From NCBI GenBank assembly GCA_964479655.1, contig CAYZMZ010000005.1, forward strand, positions 1-25,025: a stretch of DNA of 25,025 nt, read 5' to 3'. Of the stretch, positions 20,965 to 25,025 are shown one piece after another (the first letter of the stretch is position 1; each line of letters begins with the position of its first letter). The position numbers and the translations under genes were made by a program. Source of the stretch: an uncultured Planctomycetaceae bacterium (GTDB lineage Bacteria > Planctomycetota > Planctomycetia > Pirellulales > Thermoguttaceae). The notes under the pieces are model-generated. The model was not told the origin of the DNA and ran no database searches. It was given only the letters and a program-made list of their open reading frames with translations.

Positions 20965-21864
20965 TTATTTGGTTGCCTTCTTTGATAATAATTTTTGATA
21001 TTTGTCGAAAGACACCGGCTTGAATCGACCGAAATTTTCGCCCGCTTTTCGGATTCGAGTTAAATCCCCATCTCCCAATCCCTGCACAAAATTATGGGTG
21101 GTATGGATTTTTTCCTTTCCAAAGTTCAGCGATAAAGGCTTAATCTGCGGTTGAATGGTAATTTCTATCTTCTCGGGCAAAAGTCCTTTTTTAGCTAAAT
21201 CGTTATTGACCGCCATGCGTGCAAACGGCGGCATGGTTTGAGGCATAAGAATAACGTTTAACAGCGCGTATTTATTGGCAAACTCCGCGTAAGCAGCCGC
21301 CATTCCGGGAGCCGGCTCGGCACTTGCTTTAATCCGATACACCAGTCGAGGGGCGGTATAAACCCATTCGTCGGTTTTAGAATCTTGCGTAATTTCAAAA
21401 GCCGGCTTTAAACAGGATTTAATAAATTCGTCTTTGACTTTTTCCGCCGCGTCTTTCATCATTTGCTCAAAAGAATCGACTTCTTCCAACGTTATTGAGC
21501 ACTGCGTTTTCGTTTGCGAACTGATAATCAGAAATCGTTTCATTTCCGCGTCAAAAATAATCGTTTCCTCTGGATTGGTCATAAAATCGTATACTCTGCC
21601 TGAATAAAACATGGTACAGCTTTGCGAAGTCGGCGAAGTTTCCTTTCCCACGAATACTTTATTGTTAATTCGGAAAGAATTTGCCGTTTGACTATCGGAG
21701 TTAGGATTGTCCTCGGTACTAAATTCGGATTCTAATCCGGGAGATGAGGCAACTTGGGCAAAAAGGGAAGTGAATTGACCGGGGAGTGCGAAAAAACAAA
21801 AAATGACTATAAAAATTCGGTTCATGGTATATCCGGTTGGAATAAAGGGGGTGATTTTCATCAT
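20965..21864 (-). CDS. Secreted hypothetical protein
   Basis: 299-aa ORF with a hydrophobic signal peptide (probable start ATG 21825, MNRIFIVIF...FAQ); ends 3 bp before exbD, suggesting an operon. Confidence 0.75.
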   Translation of the reverse strand: MMKITPFIPTGYTMNRIFIVIFCFFALPGQFTSLFAQVASSPGLESEFSTEDNPNSDSQTANSFRINNKVFVGKETSPTSQSCTMFYSGRVYDFMTNPEETIIFDAEMKRFLIISSQTKTQCSITLEEVDSFEQMMKDAAEKVKDEFIKSCLKPAFEITQDSKTDEWVYTAPRLVYRIKASAEPAPGMAAAYAEFANKYALLNVILMPQTMPPFARMAVNNDLAKKGLLPEKIEITIQPQIKPLSLNFGKEKIHTTHNFVQGLGDGDLTRIRKAGENFGRFKPVSFDKYQKLLSKKATK

Positions 21865-22005
21865 TTCTTAAAATTACAAGAAAAAACTACTTATCATTTT
21901 ACCGCTTTTGGTCGATAAATCCAATACCGGAACAGAAATATTCTGGAGAATTGAGGGAAAAAAGAGAAAAAACGAAAAATTTTTTGAAAGATTCGTTTGC
22001 TCTCC

Positions 22006-22033
22006 TTGACTTTTTTTCCGAAAAACGTATACT
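22006..22033 (+). promoter_or_regulatory. Putative sigma70 promoter of tRNA-Ala
   Basis: TTGACT-16 nt-TATACT with an A/T-rich upstream tract, about 50 bp before the tRNA. Confidence 0.6.
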
Positions 22034-22082
22034 ACAAAAACTTTGATGAAGCGCGTAGTTGTTTCGTCAATAATTCCAACGC

Positions 22083-22155
22083 GGGGGATTAGCTCAGTTG
22101 GGAGAGCGTCTGGCTGGCAGCCAGAAGGTCAGCGGTTCGAGCCCGCTATCCTCCA
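22083..22155 (+). tRNA. tRNA-Ala(GGC)
   Basis: GGGGGATTAGCTCAGTTGGGAGAGCGTCTGGCTGGCAGCCAGAAGGTCAGCGGTTCGAGCCCGCTATCCTCCA; anticodon GGC and the G3:U70 alanine identity pair. CCA is not encoded. Confidence 0.97.
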
Positions 22156-22156
22156 T

Positions 22157-22191
22157 AAACCTGTTTGTAATACTTGCAAACAGGTTTTTTT
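22157..22191 (+). terminator. Intrinsic terminator after tRNA-Ala
   Basis: AAACCTGTTTGTAA-TAC-TTGCAAACAGGTTT followed by a T run. Confidence 0.78.
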
Positions 22192-22316
22192 ATGCCCGAT
22201 TCGTATTTACATCGGTTTTTTCAGAGTATATTTCCTCTGTTTATTGCTGAAAACCGCTGTTTTGGGTTTGGTTGATTCGTTTCCTTTATCGCACACTTTT
22301 TTCTAAACGAGAATCT

Positions 22317-23243
22317 ATGACCCCGGTTGCTTTGATTAACCTGCTGAGAATCCGGCAATGGACGAAGAACGTGTTTGTTCTTTTCCCATTGATTTTTTCC
22401 GGCTTGTTTCTCTCTCCAGATTCCGTAACAGCTTACTGGCTAACGGGTTGGGCGTTGTTTGCGTTTTGCTGCTGGTCCAGTGCGATTTACGTATTTAACG
22501 ATATTTTAGACCGTAATTCAGATCGGTTACACCCCAAAAAACAGAATCGTCCGATTGCCGCGGGCACAATATCCGTCCGATCGGCCATCGTAATTGCGAT
22601 AATTCTTGTTATTTTACCCGCTGTTTTATTGCGGCTTCCCGATAGAATTTCCGTCTGGTTTTGGATTGTCGGCGGAAGTTATTTACTCAACAACCTGCTT
22701 TACTGTTTGCTATTCCGCTCAATTCCGGTATTGGATATTCTATCGTTAGGATTGGGAATTGTACTGCGGATTTTAGGCGGTTGCGCGATTTTAAACGTTC
22801 AGCCGACGGTCTGGATTATCGCCTGCGGTGCGGGAATCGCCCTGTTTTTGGGATTTGGAAAACGACGAATGGAGCTAGACCGCGTCCAAATGCCGCCGAA
22901 GGAGAACGATTCAGGGGATTCCGGTAAACCCGTCGCGTGCTATCGCGCAACGCTTGCCTATTACTCGCCCAAAACGCTCAATTGGATTCTATACTGCATG
23001 GCAGGAATTACAATAGTCGCTTATACTTGCTATACAACGTCCCCTTCAACGATGCTGCTTCATAAAACCCGCGGTCTGGTTTTTACAATTCCATTTGTTA
23101 TTTTTGGGATAATTAGATATATTTCGCTGTGCAAGTCAGGAAAATACGACGGCCCAGATGAGGCGATTATTAAAGACCCGCTTTCATGGATAAATATTAT
23201 CTTGTGGATAATTGCGGTAATTACCCTTTTTACGCAGTTTTAA
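22317..23243 (+). CDS. UbiA-family prenyltransferase (decaprenyl-phosphate phosphoribosyltransferase-like)
   Basis: LRIRQWTKNVFV, YVFNDILDRNSDRLHPKKQNRPIAAG, GFGKRRMEL and multiple TM helices; start placed at ATG 22317. Confidence 0.88.
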   Translation: MTPVALINLLRIRQWTKNVFVLFPLIFSGLFLSPDSVTAYWLTGWALFAFCCWSSAIYVFNDILDRNSDRLHPKKQNRPIAAGTISVRSAIVIAIILVILPAVLLRLPDRISVWFWIVGGSYLLNNLLYCLLFRSIPVLDILSLGLGIVLRILGGCAILNVQPTVWIIACGAGIALFLGFGKRRMELDRVQMPPKENDSGDSGKPVACYRATLAYYSPKTLNWILYCMAGITIVAYTCYTTSPSTMLLHKTRGLVFTIPFVIFGIIRYISLCKSGKYDGPDEAIIKDPLSWINIILWIIAVITLFTQF

Positions 23244-23310
23244 TTGCAGATGATTTTAGCTGTTAAAATAGATTATTTTCTGCGCGAAAGAGCGTTTTGA
23301 ATCGGACGGA

Positions 23311-23532
23311 TTACTGGATTCCCAGATTTTTTTCAATATCACGACTTTTACTGGACAGCCCCATGGATTCGCTGTCCGGGTCTCGCGGTCTGATTTTGGA
23401 AAAGGAATTATCCGAACGGTCCATTTGATAGGCGTCTGTATCTGAATCAGCTGCCGTTGTTACGGTTTTGCAGCCGGTTTGAAGACCGACAGCCAGGCAA
23501 AGGATAATCAAAACCAAGTAAAATCGTTTCAT
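23311..23532 (-). CDS. Small lipoprotein
   Basis: MKRFYLVLIILCLAVGLQTGC: basic N-terminus, hydrophobic core, lipobox-like Cys; 73 aa. Confidence 0.7.
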   Translation of the reverse strand: MKRFYLVLIILCLAVGLQTGCKTVTTAADSDTDAYQMDRSDNSFSKIRPRDPDSESMGLSSKSRDIEKNLGIQ

Positions 23533-23625
23533 TATATTTATTTAGGAATAAAATAGGAGGGATGCGCAAATAGGGCTTGCATATTTTTATACGTGCATAC
23601 AGCTACTTTTGCGATGACAATTAAT

Positions 23626-23772
23626 CATACTATAACCACCTGATTTTCTCGACCAACCCCGTTTTGATTTCGCCGCCGCAGGAATAAAACACCCGGTTTT
23701 ACGAACTAAGGCGAAACGAAACGGCTGTTTTACGGTAAAATAAGCCGGAAAATTTCAAGTGGATCTAGCATA
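23626..23772 (-). repeat. Dispersed element, copy 11
   Basis: CATACTATAACCACCTGATTTTCTC...CCGTTTTGATTTCGCC...GGCGAAACGAAACGGC...GGAAAATTTCAAGTGGATCTAGCATA. Confidence 0.88.
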
Positions 23773-23781
23773 TCGTTCCTT

Positions 23782-23810
23782 TATATAACATTTTTTTGTA
23801 TTTATTGCAA
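23782..23810 (-). promoter_or_regulatory. Putative promoter toward the lipoprotein gene
   Basis: Minus strand TTGCAA-17 nt-TATATA. Confidence 0.4.
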
Positions 23811-23844
23811 GGGCACTTTTTTACCGGAATATTTCGTTTTTGTC

Positions 23845-23872
23845 TTGACAAAATCGCGGTTTGGGTTAGGAT
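23845..23872 (+). promoter_or_regulatory. Putative promoter toward the response regulator
   Basis: TTGACA-16 nt-TAGGAT. Confidence 0.4.
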
Positions 23873-23970
23873 TGCAGAATATTCCCCGACATTGTATGAG
23901 TTTCCCCGATTGAAGTTCCCGTCAGAGATTTCAATTTCCGATAACAGGTAAATGGGGGGACGCGGTAAGA

Positions 23971-24116
23971 TATACGGGTTCTACTTGACTTTTTCCGGTT
24001 TACATAACAAACCGCAGTTGTTTCATTTCGCCCCTATCAATAAAACAAAGGGTTGTTTGATTCTGGAGGCGAAACCAAAACGCCGTCAAAAGAAAAACTC
24101 ATACAATCAGAGCAAA
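23971..24116 (+). repeat. Dispersed element, copy 12 (right end eroded)
   Basis: TATACGGGTTCTACTTGACTTTTTCC...GTTGTTTCATTTCGCC...ATAAAACAAAGGGTTGTTTGAT...GGCGAAACCAAAACG. Confidence 0.88.
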
Positions 24117-24180
24117 AAGTCAGTTTTAGAACAAATAGAATCGCCAACAATAATTCCAAGGGGGCAACCAACAAATAATT

Positions 24181-24894
24181 ATGACTACCAAGATACTGAT
24201 AATCGAAGACGAAGCCCATATCGCGACCGGATTGCAACTCAACCTTCAGTCCGAAGGATACGAAGTAGAAATCGCCTCTGACGGATTGACCGGTCTGAAC
24301 AAGGCGCAAAATTCCGAAGAGGGGTTTGATTTAATCGTTCTGGATTTAATGCTGCCTGGAATGAGCGGGTATTCGGTTTGCCAGCATTTACGCCAGCAGG
24401 GATATTTAATGCCGATTTTGATTCTTTCCGCCCGAACGCTTTCAGAGGATAGAACGCGGGGATTTGATGTCGGAGCCAATCAGTATTTAACCAAGCCCTT
24501 TGAACTGGACGAATTTTTAGCTCGCGTTCGCAATTTACTCCGCTTATCCGGTCAGGTTCCTTCTTCCGACAACGACGTACAAAGTGATCAGACGTATCAA
24601 TTTGGACACAACGAAGTTAATTTCAAAACGTATCAAGTTGTTGTAGGCGGAACGATTACGACTTTAACGGTTTTAGAAATGAAACTGTTGAGATATTTTA
24701 TTCGTCGAGAGGGGGAAATTGTATCGCGGGAAGAACTGCAAAAAAACGTGTGGGACATTCCCGCCGACATGAACACGCGAGCAGTAGACCAATTTATCCG
24801 TCGTTTGCGGAAAATATTTGAGTTAGACTCCGCCAATCCGCAGCATTTTGTTACAATGCGTAATATTGGCTATCGATTTATCGCCAACCCGTAA
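24181..24894 (+). CDS. OmpR/PhoB-family response regulator
   Basis: KILIIEDE, LIVLDLMLPG (phospho-Asp), LILSAR, GANQYLTKPF and a winged-helix C-terminus (RAVDQFIRRLRK...VTMRNIGYRF). Confidence 0.95.
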   Translation: MTTKILIIEDEAHIATGLQLNLQSEGYEVEIASDGLTGLNKAQNSEEGFDLIVLDLMLPGMSGYSVCQHLRQQGYLMPILILSARTLSEDRTRGFDVGANQYLTKPFELDEFLARVRNLLRLSGQVPSSDNDVQSDQTYQFGHNEVNFKTYQVVVGGTITTLTVLEMKLLRYFIRREGEIVSREELQKNVWDIPADMNTRAVDQFIRRLRKIFELDSANPQHFVTMRNIGYRFIANP

Positions 24895-24981
24895 TTCCAA
24901 CCGATACCTGCGGAGTAGAAGACAAAAAATTGTTGAATGGGCTTGATATAACCGGTCGGATCTATTCACACAGCAAGCTTC

Positions 24982-25025
24982 TGTACGGGCTTCATGAGAA
25001 ATTTACCCGGCTTATAATATCACAA
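24982..25025 (+). repeat. Dispersed element, probable copy 13 truncated by the window edge
   Basis: TGTACGGGCTTCATGAGAAATTTACCCGGCTTATAATATCACAA aligns with TATACTGGTTCCACTTGAAATTTTCCGGCTTATATTATCATAA. Confidence 0.55.

Noticed and set aside
23952-24281. Short ORFs crossing repeat copies (also 2133-2348, 6727-6936, 7407-7604, 8227-8496, 19307-19642) that share similar peptides
   Set aside because: The similarity comes from translating the same non-coding repeat; starts, lengths and frames are inconsistent.

Overview
A mostly housekeeping and carbohydrate-utilisation region, probably from a Planctomycetota (Thermoguttaceae-like) bacterium; the taxonomy is an inference from protein style. Genes: etfB, tRNA-Arg(ACG), a GH2 beta-galactosidase with an inserted LamG-like domain, a BON protein, a PaaI thioesterase, gltX, a ~1615-aa secreted glycoside-hydrolase-like/alpha-beta-hydrolase fusion, a Tat metallophosphoesterase, a DUF5703/GH95-like protein, a frameshifted RimJ-type GNAT, exbD, a secreted hypothetical protein, tRNA-Ala(GGC), a UbiA-family prenyltransferase, a small lipoprotein and an OmpR-family response regulator. 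The main signal is non-coding. One ~145-155 bp element, bounded by TATACT...AGTATA and folding into three nested stems, occurs at 13 loci: 10 roughly full-length copies, one split copy and two partial copies. It is found in both orientations and in most intergenic gaps. It looks like an ERIC/RUP/Correia-type MITE family that I do not recognise. Its copies have exchanged modules, one has an inverted core, and one supplies a gene's stop codon. Also found: a tyrosine-integrase remnant with arm-like repeats at the tRNA-Arg 3' end, and a candidate ~127-nt structured RNA at 6988-7114. All alignments and folds were done by eye; no database searches were run.
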